Assembly: GCA_028023455.1 (NCBI GenBank)
Contig: JAQFVV010000003.1
Location: 27,032,001-27,096,000 of the forward strand
Length of the DNA: 64,000 bases
DNA from: Epiperipatus broadwayi
Lineage: Eukaryota; Animalia; Onychophora
Direction: 5' to 3'
The notes under the pieces are model-generated. The model did not search any database. It was not told where the DNA came from and saw nothing but the letters and a program-made list of their open reading frames with translations. The translations under genes were made by a program, and so were the position numbers. This document shows positions 1 to 13,280 of this stretch, one piece after another (positions within the stretch are counted from its first letter, which is position 1; each line of letters starts with the position of its first letter).

Positions 1-619
1 ATTGATACATTTTTAAATATTGCTACACACACAATTCGATACCAAAAAGTTTAAATTTGGGTAGGATAGGGTGGTGGGTGAGAGACGATAAAAAAGATGA
101 AACTTAAGATTCGAATGTGAATCTTACTGTTTCAATACCCACCATGTACACAACATGATTCCAACATTCATAGGAATCTTGGAAGAAAATATTTTAAATT
201 GAGACATGAAGTGTACCCAAAATAAATGTTAATTGAATTTTTTTTCAGAAATTACTGCCTTAAAATTTTCAAACATTTTCTTGCATTTTGTGCAATGTTT
301 CATGGTAGTGCTGTCATGCTACCAAGATGCCTCAGGATACTCCTATCACAAGTTTATCTGTATAAAACCAATTATACTTTAGTTATAGTTTTGATCAACA
401 GATAGAATCTCTTGTATTGCAAAAAATGGCTGCATATATATATACACACCAATTAGCAGCAAAATTAGCACAGAATATCCTTGATTCAATCCATTTTACA
501 TAATAGCTTTATTTTTTGTTTACAATGAAATGAGCCAGAACATTTAATATTTGCATATGTATTATGTTTACATTGGTCTGGTTAGCATATGATATATATT
601 CAAAATATTCACTCACTGC

Positions 620-745
620 AAGCTCTGTATGACTTAGTGCCATAGTAAAGAGGCAAATTTTGGAGTTCAAAATCTACTCATCATGGCTTCAGCACTATCC
701 CTAGTTCTTAAATTTCTTAAAACTTCTGAGCAATAAACTATGATT
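620..745 (+). repeat. Old dispersed SINE-like family (other copies about 1870-1975 +, 3290-3520 -, 11270-11390 +, 12720-12760 +)
   Basis: Shared motif ...cttaaatttcttatgaa(c/t)t(c/t)ctga...aataa. This copy has a B-box-like ggagttcaaaatc; the 3290-3520 copy has A/B-box-like tggttagagcat and agttagattcc. Confidence 0.4.
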
Positions 746-3038
746 ATTTATTTACTCGTTACATTAGAAAAATTAAAACTATGCTATTTCAAAAAAAAAA
801 GAGAGGAGGTCTCTAACCACATCGAGTTAGCTTAAGAGAAATTTATTTTTACTGTAGTACAGTTTTATCCAGTGATGAATTAATTAAAAAGATATGCTGC
901 ATATATTATTCACTATAAGATTCAACATTTTAATTTAAAAATTTTTAATAACTTTTACATATATATATGAACAATCAAATATTTTTATACGCTCTTCTTT
1001 CTTTCCTCCACTGTCTATTAAAAATATACAATAAAATTTCAAAAGTGACTAATTTAGATAATTTATTTACTAGATTTTACTGATGCTGCAATAGAAATAA
1101 TGATTATTTAAAATTAAAAGAAATCTGTTATTTAACTAATTAGTATCTCTCTAAGCAAAAAGAGTTTAGTTTCAGTTTTCTATTAATAGATGTTTGACAG
1201 ATTTTTTTTTTTTGATAAAACAATTCTGTTTTAATCTTTAACATGTTACTAAAATAAAAAGCACTTTAATTCAATCTCAAATAATGAATAAACTTGTCAT
1301 TTTAGAAACATTTATCAACAGATGTTTCCCCTCCCCCTGCTCATTAATTATAGGACATCATTATTCATAAAGTATAAATCGTAATAGTATATTATTAATC
1401 TGCAGAAAATCAGGTTTAATGATTCCAAAGAGTTTTCTAACAAAGATAATAGTAAATAGTTGATTGAAAAATATACAATCATCATCAGTAATATTTTGAC
1501 ACTTGCATCAATCCTTAAAAATTAATATGGCATATATTTGGAAGCTCCTATGAGAATTAAAGCAATGGTAGAGAGCATATTCAACAATTAGGACTCCTCA
1601 TTCATCTCACAGCTTAGTAAAGCATAGATATGTAATGTATAGGAATAAAAAGTATTTTATTACTATATGCATTAAGCATGCTTCAAATATGTTTATTAAA
1701 TATACATATGTATCTGCTTTTAGCATGTTTATGACATATACATGGTTAGTTTACATCTAATAAAAACATGCCAAACATGTATGATTTATGTTGCCAAATA
1801 TTTAAATTCCAGTATGTGTTCATTGCACATTAATTTGTCATAGATTGTTTCGCATGGTTTAAAATGTAGTGATAGAGTCATGGATTCTAAAACTCATAGT
1901 CCATGGAATGTGACTCAATTCCATTACTTCCAGTACTCAAACTTCTTGCGAACTCCTAACCAATAATGTATTTGATTATTATTTACCATAGATTTACAAT
2001 AATGTTTGAATGCATAAAGCATAGTTTTTTTTTATATATTCTATTGTGATCATCTCTGTCTTTATAGACAATCTTGATTTCTCTTGAGTCAAATTTATGT
2101 TCATTGCCCCTTTTGTGATCTAGAAAAGTATTATGCAACTTATGTGCTTGAAAGTCACTATTTCTTGTGCAACTAATGATTAAATTATTATGATTATTAT
2201 TAACATTACTATAATAATAAATTGTACATTACCGGCATTAATATTTTTAAATAAATAATAAAAAGCAAATACTTCCCAAAATCAGTATATTCATTTATTT
2301 ATATTTCATGACAAACTAAAACCAGCAATTATTAAATGTTACAGCATACCACATTGCCTAATTGCTTCAAAATATTTATGAATTCAGATCTTAACATCTA
2401 TTCTTGATTATTGGAAAATTGAAATACAACAAATAAAACAGAGACCTTATTTAGAAAGCAATGTGTACCTGTAACATCTCCAGATTTTCTAAATCTATAC
2501 ATTAAGCAATTGTTTAAAATTTTGTAAAGAATGATGCAAATGAAATAAATATTTTTACAAATAAATAACATGTATATTACATGTTCAGTACTAAACTGTT
2601 AAAAATTTGAAATTAGTTTCAATTTAGCCACTGATGACAGAACTGTCCACTAAACAGTTTTACATTTTTCTTGATGTATTTGAGATAGAATTCTCTGAAA
2701 TAAAGTTTTATTGAATGAATCTTTATTAAATTATAAGTATACTTATTACCAATGAAATCTCAGTGCCTATGAGGCGTGACATCATCTCTATCAGCAGAAA
2801 AATAGTTGCATTGTATTACAATGACCTTTCTTGTGTTTCTATAGACAGTGAAATGTTACCCATGTGGTCAAATAAATTGTCTTAGAAGTTTTATTTTTAT
2901 ATTATCAAGATCTAGATACCTGTTTCCTAAACACTATGAGTGGGCTTTCTAATTGAAAAAAAAAATTATAAATGTTTGTAACTTGAAAAAAATTTAAGAA
3001 TTATTTGATTGACTGCACTTGAAGTCAATATGAAGAAC

Positions 3039-3180
3039 ATGGTGGACAGATGTGCACTCTAATTATTTATGAGATATTTTCCCTTCTTTATCTGAAGGCC
3101 TGTGATGATGGTGGACAGATGTGCACTCAAATTATTTATGAGATATTTTCCGTTCTTTATCTGAAGGCCTGTGATGATGG
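3039..3180. repeat. Tandem duplication, about 69-bp unit x2
   Basis: atggtggacagatgtgcactc...ctgaaggcctgtgatg repeated head-to-tail with few mismatches. Confidence 0.9.
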
Positions 3181-3749
3181 CACTTTACTTGTAGTTATGT
3201 GTCAGCATATTTCCTTCATCTAATTGAATTGTTAAATATTTTTTAACAAATTTAAATTATAATTTTACAAACACATTAAACCAAATAAGTGAATTGTCTC
3301 CTTCATGAGAACTCATAAGAAATTTGATCACTTTAAGATCCATAGAACTTGACTTTAGAGTTTGCCAGTCTACTATTGTATTACATTAAGTAGGGCATGC
3401 AAATACATTCAACTGCTAGTAATAACAGAAAGACTCTGTCTCAAGAATTGCTACAATGGGAATCTAACTGATGACATTTAGATTCACAAATGCAAAATGT
3501 AAGATGCTCTAACCAACAAAATTATTTTGTAGATATTGTATATATTTATCTATAAGGATCTTCATGATTTTTCCACTTTTTTAAGTGCAAGGTTAATGTC
3601 TTCCAAACATTATGGATTATCACACTAAGTTGACTTATAGAGTTATTTGCCATTGTTAAGAGAGCCACTTATTTAAAATATAAACAAAGTTTTTGAATTT
3701 TTAAAAAATATTTAACAATTAATATTAGATAATAGAAATTGTGTAACAT

Positions 3750-4245
3750 ATAATTACTCTTTATCATATGTTCAAAATTAAATAATAATTCAAATTAAAG
3801 GAATTTAATCATGTGATGTTTAGTGGTATATTTCATCTACTAACAGTAATATATTAATAAACATCAAAATAAACAGTAAATATATTAAGATAGCAAATCC
3901 TTATACTTTAATGGATATGCTTCAACCCTCTCCAACTTACTAACAGAAAAATAATTTTTTTTAATTACATAAATATATAATTTATAATATATATATTTCT
4001 AATATGTTTTTTTGGCATTTGCATCATTTTTTGTATCCCCTCACCATAATATCATCTTTTTTTTTTTCATGTGTCAAAGCATCGGCCGGGAAGCCCGCGA
4101 ACCCGGGACAACTGCTTGTAAGGCAGCTGTGCTGACCACTCGACCACCAATGCTTGACTACATCACCTTCTTTTAAAGAAAGAAAATGATTATCACTAAA
4201 GTAAAATTTCATATTTATTTTCTAACTTTGGCACCAGCGAATATA
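3750..4245. repeat. Dispersed repeat (copy 1, contains SINE insertion); copy 2 at about 6040-6365
   Basis: Collinear blocks shared with 6040-6365: aattactcttt..atatgttcaaaattaaataataattcaaattaaag; ttttggcat.tgcatcattttttg; aaagaaaatgattatcac..aaaatttcatattta. Confidence 0.75.
4057..4158 (-). mobile_element. tRNA-Gly-derived SINE copy
   Basis: Reverse complement: tcaaGCATTGGTGGTCGAGTGGTCAGCACAGCTGCCTTACAAGCAGTTGTCCCGGGTTCGCGGGCTTCCCGGCCGATGC-tttgacacatg-polyA. Confidence 0.8.
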
Positions 4246-7200
4246 GTGTAGCCTGCATATACTAACTGCATGTAGCGAATAAAGAAATAAGTATCTAAAT
4301 GCAACATGTTTGTTTTAATTATGAAACAATTTTGAAATAAATAAATAAAAATTAGTCAAGTAAATTAGAAAAAAGAAAGGACTACTTGTAGTTTACAAAT
4401 TTTAAAAAAAGATAATTAAAACCGATTAAATTTCTTTTTTTTAAAAAATAAATAAATCTTATTTTGTTTAAAATAAAGAAAGACAATAAATATTTTTTTC
4501 GGTAAACAAAACTAGTTAATTATGTTTTCTCAGAGTTTGAAGTTTAATATATGATTTGAAATATGATTTTAAAGAGAGACAAAAGTTTTAAGCTTTATTA
4601 TGGAATGTTATAATTATATATAAAAAAAATGCAACATTGTTATCTAACAAAACCTAATCGGATTATGTCATATATAGATAATCCGATTAGGTTAGTTTGT
4701 ATTTCTTTAATTAATTAAAGTTTAATGTAAAATTTAAAAAAGCAAGATAAGGGAAAGCGGTAGAAAAGAGAGCTTAGATAATGGAGTTAAAATTTAAAAG
4801 ATCAGTAAAAATTGTATTATCATTCCTTCTTGATTTTTTATAATCACTCTTTCATCATTCTTTCTTCTAATCTGAAAATATATGTGTGATTGCTGCCCAT
4901 GGAATTCAAGCATTGAATAAAAACCAGTGTTGCTAAATTGCCAGATGTGCGCCCATTTATCTAGACACAATGTAGTTTCTACTGGATTATGAGAACCCTA
5001 AAATGTTACTGAACTTCAACTGTTATTTTCTGAGTTGTGTTTGTTTTATGCTAAATATTATGCCTGCATAAATATATGTCAAATGGAAACTCTCTCTCAT
5101 GGAGTATGTGTGTCTGCAGAGAAGTGAAGAAATGTAACCTGAATGCTTCTGCAGTATAAAACTGGCCAAAGAAGTTTAAAATCTTGGTTCTCTGAAAAAT
5201 AGAAGAAGTCTACTAGAATGGACTCTGTAATGCCAAATAATGAAGTAAACCAAGAGAAGACTGCTAAACATTAACCTTAATGAAAAAGACTTTCAATCAA
5301 AGACTTTTAATTAAAAGATTTTCAAAAATCAAAAGGTATTCACTAAATGCAGTAAGCATTATAATTATTTATCTGTGTGTGCTTTAATTTTTTATATATG
5401 ACAAATAGGAGTAAATGTTAGTCATAAGTTTATTGTTGTTAATCATATCATTTGTAATACATGTTATATGTTTGTATAAAATTAATTAGTTAAAAATGTA
5501 TCAGTCTGTAATAAACATTTGTTTTTGTTATTTTTTAATCTAGCCTCCATTCTCTTTTCTCTTAAAATCTCACTATTTAAATTTAGCAAACTATTTACCA
5601 CTAGGTAAATATATTACTTGTAAAATTTGTTGTTTATGTCAAAAGGGTCAAATTATGATAGTCAATGAATTAAGATTTTTGTGCTCAACAAAGCTAGTCA
5701 TGGCATAACTTTAGTAATGCTGAAGGGTTTCAAACTCCTCCCATGGATTTCCTGGTGGTCAGGATGGCAACCTGGTTTAAATGTAATATAAATTATATGC
5801 TCATGGAGGATTTCCTTTCAATAAATTAAGAATGGATTTAATGGTCTGAAAGTTGGCCATGGTCTATTAGATTTATATTATTAGTACTTGGTGGGACCAT
5901 TAGTATGATTTATAAAATTAAAAAAATAATAATATAAATTATATTTCCCCTCATCTTTCTATGTATCTATTATATAAATGGCTCCCAATATGGGACTACC
6001 AGATTATTACATATTGGTTTCCCAAAGTGAGATTACAGAATTACTCTTTATAATATGTTCAAAATTAAATAATAATTCAAATTAAAGAAATAAAAAAGAG
6101 AAAGAAAATATCTTTCATTTACTAACAAGAAAATAAAATTTTCTAATTACAAAATTGTTAATTTCAGGACATTTATTGCTTTAAATTCTATTAACATAAA
6201 TATATGCTTTAAATATGTGTTTTATAATATATATGCTACTGCTTTTTGGCATCTGCATCATTTTTTGCACTCCCTCCCCATATCATTTTCATTTAAAAAA
6301 AAAGAAAAATGATTATCACAAAAATAAAATTTCATATTTAATTTTCTAATTTTGGGACCAGAAAATATATTTTCTATATCAATAGATTTAATGGTTTTAC
6401 TTTTAGATAATATGTTTAAATCAGATAATATTTTGTTTCTCAGAACTTCATAAATATTTTTTTATAATCTTTAGTTTAGAAAATGATTGTTCAGCTCTTT
6501 TACAATTACAGATATAATAATAATAAAAAGCATTATTGCATATATTGATAATGTATAAAATTATTATTATAAAATTATTTTGCTAATACATTATACTCAT
6601 TATATTTGTGACCATGTCTCTTGAATACATTCACACATCTAATTATACCACTAATGCTCTTTATGCAGTAACTGAGTTACTCATAATCTTACAAATATAT
6701 TAATTACATCATATTTAAATACAAGTATATTATATATACTTTAAACTAAATATATCTGATGGAGCAGATGACTAAAGGGAACTTGAAAGTCTGGGTTCAA
6801 ATCCCTTCTAATTAATTACATGTATTATATGACCTGAAGCAACACTCTGTATATCAATATCATGAATTACTACTGAGTTTAGTTTTAGCAACATCAACAA
6901 CAACAAAAAAGAACCCGTTTTAAAATATTTTGGATTTTAATGTTAAACAAAAAAGTAATTCTTTATACTTAATATATTGCCACAACAAAAAGTTTAAGAA
7001 TAAATGAGAAACACAATTTAGTAAGACTATTAAAGTCTCTGGATTGAAAGCCAGCCTATCACTTCTGTTGCTCAAATGTCACATGACCATCTAATTCAAC
7101 CAATCATTCAATTGTTATTTTTAAAAAAAATCATTTTTCTAGTTAAAATAGAAATGTCTTATTTATACACCTGGGTCTCGTTTTATGCAGATTATTTTAA

Positions 7201-7524
7201 TGCGATTTTAAAGTTATGCGATTCATGTTTCTTCTTAATATCTTTCGTATTTCACTATATTTATTAGATAGCAAGAAATTTAAATTATTAATAACTTATT
7301 TTGACTTAAATATTTTTTTTTTCAAAAATATGTTATATTAGCAGCTAACATGAATATGGCCTGAAGCTGTATTTAGAATCTTAGCTTCTATGCAAATAAC
7401 CTACTTATACTAATGAGTAAATAATAATAAATTTATACTTATGTATAAAAAGATTGCAGTAAATATTCAAAATTTTTAAACTTTTAAAATGTATTTTGTT
7501 AGATATAACAGAAATAAATAGTTT

Positions 7525-8540
7525 GGTAAAACTGACTGTCAGTGGCCACAACATTTCGCCCTCTATTTTTAACAAACGGAACTATATTTTTTCATACTAA
7601 GTGTATCTAACTATACAAAGTATATCTAACTATAAATAAACTATATCTAACTATAAAAGTTTTTACATAAAGGTTAATAATAAAAAAAATAAACTAACAT
7701 TTTTATGCATAGTTTTGAGCTATGCACACAAGGAAATTCACGAAAACGGTGTCATGTTTGTGCATACCCCTAAAAAATTCCTGCAGGTTGGATGGATGAA
7801 AGAAGTACGATTCATCTATCTCCACTATCCGTAGTTTGAATTACGTTATTCTTAATATGTAATTGTAAAGTATATCTGACTATAAATGTATTTTTTACAT
7901 GAAGGTTAATAAATAAAATTTAAAAAAAATTACATTTTTATGAGCAATTTTGTGCTAGGTTACATGTCAAAACTTAACAAGTGCCACAAAAGAAGTCCCT
8001 GCTGTCAAAATTATGAACTACTTTTGCCACGTGTAATTTTTGCAGACAGAATTTCTATCATTTCTTTGGTTCCCCAAAATGACTTTTTAAATGTTGTGGC
8101 TGTTCTGGCAGAAAGCTGGAATACACATCACCTGCTTGAAGAATTTCAAACTCCAGAATAAGAAGTGGGTCATTTTTTTCCCGAAGTCATCTGTCTTTGA
8201 ACACCATTGTTGATATATTTTGTTGGGTGAATAATTTTCCAATGCACTTTATTGTACTTCTTTCATCCATCCTACCTGCAGAAATTTGCATTTAGGGATA
8301 TGCACGAACATGACACCGTTTTCATGACTTTCCTCATGTGCATAGCTCAAAACTATGTATAAAAATGTAAGTTTATTTTATTTTTATTATTAACCTTTAT
8401 GTAAAAACATTTATAGTTAGATACAGTTTATTTATAGTTAGATATGCTTAGTATAGTTAGATACACTTAGTACAAAAAATATAGTTCAGTTTTTTAAAAA
8501 TAGAGGGCAAATATTGTGGCTGCTAACAGTCAGTTTTACC
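7525..8540. mobile_element. Non-autonomous Mutator-like (MULE) element
   Basis: About 285-bp TIRs starting GGTAAAACTGACTG and ending CAGTCAGTTTTACC; perfect 9-bp TSD AAATAGTTT at 7516-7524 and 8541-8549. Confidence 0.85.
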
Positions 8541-8675
8541 AAATAGTTTTTTAGATTTTTAAAATAAATAATAATGAAGATTTTATTGATTTTGTAAACT
8601 AAAAATAATCTTTCTAATGATAATGTATAATCTTTTTGTTTTGATTGCTATCTCATTTTTTTAATATAGAAACAG

Positions 8676-9488
8676 AAAACCATTAACTCAAAAAGTAAAA
8701 TGAAAATGTTTGGTAGATTGCAGTTTATGGATAATAAAAGAATAGCTAAAATAGTATTTAATTGGGTTATGAGTAAAGGGCAGGTAACAAGATGGGTGAG
8801 AAAGGTAATGCGGTATGCAAAAGATTTGGATAAAGAACTTATATCAGTATATTTGTACAAAAGATGGGATGATTGTGTTAAGAGGATTGTTGAGTGTTAT
8901 AGTAGTAAGGAATGGGATAAAATAAATTTATTAATAAAGAATAGGGAGTTAGAGAGATGGAGAAATAGTATGGAGAGTAAAAAGAGTTTAAATATATATA
9001 GAAATAAACAGAATATTAGGTGTGAGTTAATATATGATAATAGTAAGGAACGTAGTTTATTGTTTAAGGCTCGAACGGGATCTTTAGCTACAAAAGAATA
9101 TACATGTAAATGGAAAAATATGGGTGATTTATTTTGTAAATTATGTAAGGAAGGAATAGAAAATATTAGGCATTTGTTAATTGAATGTAAATGTTGAAAA
9201 CGAAAGAGTACATATAATGAAGTTGTGGAAAAATAAATATGGAAAGAATGATTATACAGAAAGTGAATTATTGGTTTTTATGTTGGGTTTGGAAAAAGAT
9301 AAGGGGGATTTAGATATAAGGGTTATAGAGTTGACAAAGATTATGTTGTGGAAATGGGATAGAGCAGATTATGGGTAAATTTAGAGTGGAGAATGTAAAA
9401 TAAAGTGGCTAACAGGTTTATCTGGGCATAATTGCTGAGATATTCTTGACTTTGTTTAAGGAAAAGCCATAATACATCACATCACATC
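8676..9488 (+). mobile_element. 5'-truncated non-LTR retrotransposon 3' end (C-terminal CCHC-like domain)
   Basis: ORF FGRLQFMDNKRIAKIVFNW...IYDNSKERSLLFKARTGSLATK...CKLCKEGIENIRHLLIEC, frameshifted, with a (CATCA)n tail at 9476-9488. Confidence 0.85.
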
Positions 9489-10698
9489 GAATCTGATTTC
9501 TTACCAGTTCACAAATGAACGCATATTGTCAAATAGCAGTAATGATTAAAATATATATGAAAAAATGTAAAATTAAATACTGTTGTTAATAAAAAAAAGT
9601 AAAAAAGTTTGTCTTGTATTATTTTTTTTCAAATATTTGAAATTTTTTATTAGTCATACTTTAATTTCTTATTTTTTTATTGCGAATTTTAAAGTAATTT
9701 TTTCTTGTTGCTTTGCTTTTCTGAAAATTACAGAACCTATTCCCCATTTTTCAAAGTAAATAAAGTCTATTTTGGTGTGATTTCTTTTGTGCGCCTTTTC
9801 TGAGGAATTTATCTACCACATGAAATGAGACCCAGGTGTAATAGTATAACAACCAAAAATAAAATTCATATCTTAAAGTATCATTATAAAAAAAAATTGA
9901 CTCTCACTTTTCTAATCCAACCCCTCTCATTATTTTATTAAAGTCTTTTAGCAAAAAAAGGTGATTCTATGTTAAAAGCAAGTTACTGAATATCATAAAA
10001 GATTGAATGTTCTCTATTTACCTTTTTAAGTAGAAAACTGTGAATATGTGATTAAGATTTTAGATCTGGACAATACAAAATTTCACCGGCATAAATTTCA
10101 ATTTCATCTTCATCAAGGAAACAATTATTAAAACAATTTATAAATTTGTAGAAATTGAAGATATGTTTAGTAGCTTTTATGCATTTGTTTTTTGTAACAT
10201 AACATGCAAGATTTTTGTGACATAATACATCTACATACCATGTTTAAGATCTGAGCTTATTTCAGGCTTAGAATTTTTCTTTCAGATAGCCACCCTCAGA
10301 GTCAATCTATTAACATTAAATGATTGGAAAATAGGTATCTAATTATTTTTATTTAGTGACTAAATGGAAATTCCTTAAATTCTCACCATCCAGTAAATGG
10401 AAAGCTCAGTGAATCATGACTAATCATCTATAAGAAGCAACTATAATGAGTTATTAAAGGGTGATTTACCTATTTCTGATTTTATTATGCTGTGATCTAA
10501 ATTATATCATATTAAATACATTATTCTTATACAAATTTAATGCTGATTATTCAATAAAGTATTTTTCTGGTCTTAATTACAATAATTAAAAAAAAGTATT
10601 TTCATATTTTTAGCAGTGCACCCCTGATCTTAAAACTCTATCTGGAAGACAATTTTAGTAAAGTCATATTTATATGCATACAAAAGACTTTCTTTTTT

Positions 10699-10810
10699 GT
10701 CAAGCGTTGTTAGCTGAGAGGTCAGAACAGCCACCTTGCAAGCAAGCAGTTGGTTGCAGATGGTTGTTGTGGGTTCGCCTCCCAGCCAATGCTATGACAT
10801 ATGAAAAAAA
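10699..10810 (+). mobile_element. tRNA-Gly-derived SINE copy
   Basis: gtcaagcgttgttagctgagaggtcag...gggttcgcctcccagccaatgctatgacatatg-polyA, flanked by the direct repeat aaaagacttt(c/t)tttt. Confidence 0.8.
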
Positions 10811-12003
10811 AAGACTTTTTTTTTTTAAAAAAGGGAGATATATTTTTACTGCTTTATACTTCATGGTTAGGATGATCATTTTAAAAATGATCATCTTCAG
10901 GTTGGGTCTCATTTCTTACATTATGTGTAAAGAAGGTAAATAAAATAATAACATGTTAAAGAAAGATTTCTTTTAGAATTTAAGTATTAAATTGTGAACT
11001 GTTGCCAGAAGAAGTAATATGAAGAAAGTGCAGTTTGTTTCAGCCATTGATTGAGTTACAACATAAAGAGCTTAATTTATACTATACAAAATAACATTAT
11101 AGTCTGCAAGCTTTATACATTTTCTACATTCTACTTATCTCCAGAATATACAAATTAAATTACTGGCTCTTATGTTTATAAATCTAGTGTTACTAGCAAA
11201 TAGCTTATATAAGTGCCCATCAATTATTTTTTAAATGTTAAACTTTTTTTATTCAAAAACAAATGTGCCTTATGCAGTTTTGAACACACTCTGGAGCTTG
11301 TCCATGGATCACACTCTGGTCTATCATTTTTGGTGCTTAAATTTCTTATGAATTCCTGAATTCCTAAACAATAAGCCATTCAATTATTTATTTATTTAAA
11401 GACAAATATACTAAACAGATAGTTTTGAAATATGAACAATAATAATTTCATTTTGTTTTGTGAAATGTTTTAATTGTTTTGTTTGGTAAGCATTCAAAGT
11501 AAAATTATATTGTCCAAATGCTTTTTAAAACTTAAAAATAGAATAAGTTTGAATAAGTGTTATTATATGACAACTTCATATCTCATATCTTTAAATAAGA
11601 AGTGTGAGATATTCCATTTACTGATTAGTATTAGATGGAATCTGGACTAAGAAACATCTGTCTAACAGATGAAAATTTTCAAGATTTGGCCACCGTAGAT
11701 TCAAACTCCATGTTTTGTACATGGAAGATATATGCGATGTTAACATGCCATAAAACTCTTTAATTTTTGCATGCATGGCTGCTACAGCTTGCATAAAAAA
11801 TAATTAATTTTGATCTAAAGTTTGTTTAAAATGGCTTTATACAAAATGGTAGCTCATCTTAATCTTGGTTGTGCTCAGCAAATCTTAAAAAAAGAAAAGA
11901 GCAGCTTGAAATGAACTGCATAACTTTTCCGTTGCAATTTCCCACATTGATTCAATTAATAAATTTATTTCTTATTGGAATCAATTTTCACATAATTGTA
12001 ATA

Positions 12004-12391
12004 ATTATAATAACGTGAAAGCTAAATACCTTCAAACAGATACGCTTTAAACATGCTTACATGACAGCCAATCAGATGGAATAATGACATCACATGGGAC
12101 TCTCAATTCTAAAACACAAGCCAGAACTATTAGAAAAAGATGGGACCCATCTTAATCTATGCCTCAATTTTATTTAAATAAACCAGACTCAAGCATTTTG
12201 AACTAAGAGTGTGAAGCTTAAATACCTTCATATTTAATCCACTAAATATTATATATATAAATTAACAACGCGAAATCATCCGATTTACAATGAAGCAATA
12301 TTTTTAAATCTAATGAAATGATATTAATAAATGTAAATATATGTTTAAAGCATATCTGTTTGAAGGTATTTAGCTTTCACGTTATTATAAT
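12004..12391. mobile_element. Fold-back element: one monomer plus 50-bp inverted end (same family as 32395-33545)
   Basis: 12004-12054 is the reverse complement of 12341-12391; the interior (cagccaatca...agccagaac...gatgggacc...taagag..tgaagcttaa) matches the 32.4-33.5 kb units. Confidence 0.75.
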
Positions 12392-13030
12392 ATTATCTGT
12401 TTAGGCTTAAATTTGATATATTTAATTGTAATAATTGAAAATTAACATAAAGCCAAAAAAAAGTGTCATTAACAAATGGTATGATATAACATTTTCAAAT
12501 GTGAGCAGTAATGTGCAATAGTTAAAGCATTAATTTCTTTAATAGGAAGATTTACATACATGCAAAAAGTATGTAAATCAATGGGATAATGTATGTGTTA
12601 CCTAAACAGATACTTCATAATGGTATTTTTTTAATGTAACAATCGTAAGAGTTACTGTTCTGCATGATTTGGTGCACTGATAGAATGAACACTGATAAAG
12701 TGCTTTTCTATTCTTTACAGCATTCAGACTTCTTATGAACTTTTGAGCAACAAAGTCATTCAGTTATTTTTATGAGAATAAATCAGGATTTGCAAAATCA
12801 ATTTTCTTCTTTCTAGTCTGTTCCATTTTTAAAGTTGTTTAACATTTTAAATGATTAATACATTTATTGAAACTCAGTGGAGTATTTATGAGGATTAGAG
12901 TGTTATCCCTGTCATTTTTTTAAGAGCCTTTGTATTTCTAGCTAAGTAACATCTATATGACATTTTTCTAATCAGTGATCCTTTCCAATGTTAAATCCAT
13001 TAAACATATGTTTAATTATTATTTTTTCTT

Positions 13031-13280
13031 ATATCATATAATTCTAAATCATCCATGCACTTTACTACTGTTACAAAATGCTTTATTTATCACCCTCTTA
13101 TATGGTTTACTATTGTCCCAGCAATCTTCTTCAGAACTTTTATATCTCCTAAGTTGAACTTAGGAGATATAAAAGTTCTGAAGAAGATTGCTGGGACAAT
13201 GGAAACTGTAAAAGAGGGTGGTAAATAAAGCATTGTGTAACAGTAGTAAAGTGCACGGATGATTTAGTATTATATGATAT
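13031..13280. mobile_element. 125-bp-arm palindrome with hammerhead-like core (PLE-type)
   Basis: Arms meet at a 1-nt spacer (13156). Right arm 13178-13210: CTGAAGA-A-GATTG-CTGGGA-CAATG-GAAAC-T-GTA. Confidence 0.7.

Larger units (their letters stand above)
7168..9838 (-). mobile_element. TA-flanked MITE (Tc1/mariner-pogo type) carrying nested MULE and LINE insertions
   Basis: TA|CACCTGGGTCTC at 7166 and GAGACCCAGGTG|TA at 9840. Both ends, and about 9490-9838, match the 33601-34620 element in reverse orientation. Confidence 0.7.

Noticed and set aside
2630-2660. CTGATGA matches at 2632, 3468, 20124, 26364, 49466 and 50668
   Set aside because: No correctly spaced stem II plus GAAA; expected by chance.
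4024-4212. Short ORFs at 4024-4212, 10674-10943 and 10700-10912
   Set aside because: They overlap tRNA-derived SINE copies; GC content explains the open frames.
5100-5350. Possible pogo/Tigger CENP-B domain relic (LKSWFSEK...QEKTAK...IKDF)
   Set aside because: Several stops and only a loose motif match; cannot be supported without a search.
10870-10905. CTGAAGA followed by a hairpin on the minus strand
   Set aside because: GAAA is replaced by CTAA and there is no inverted arm; too degenerate to call a hammerhead.
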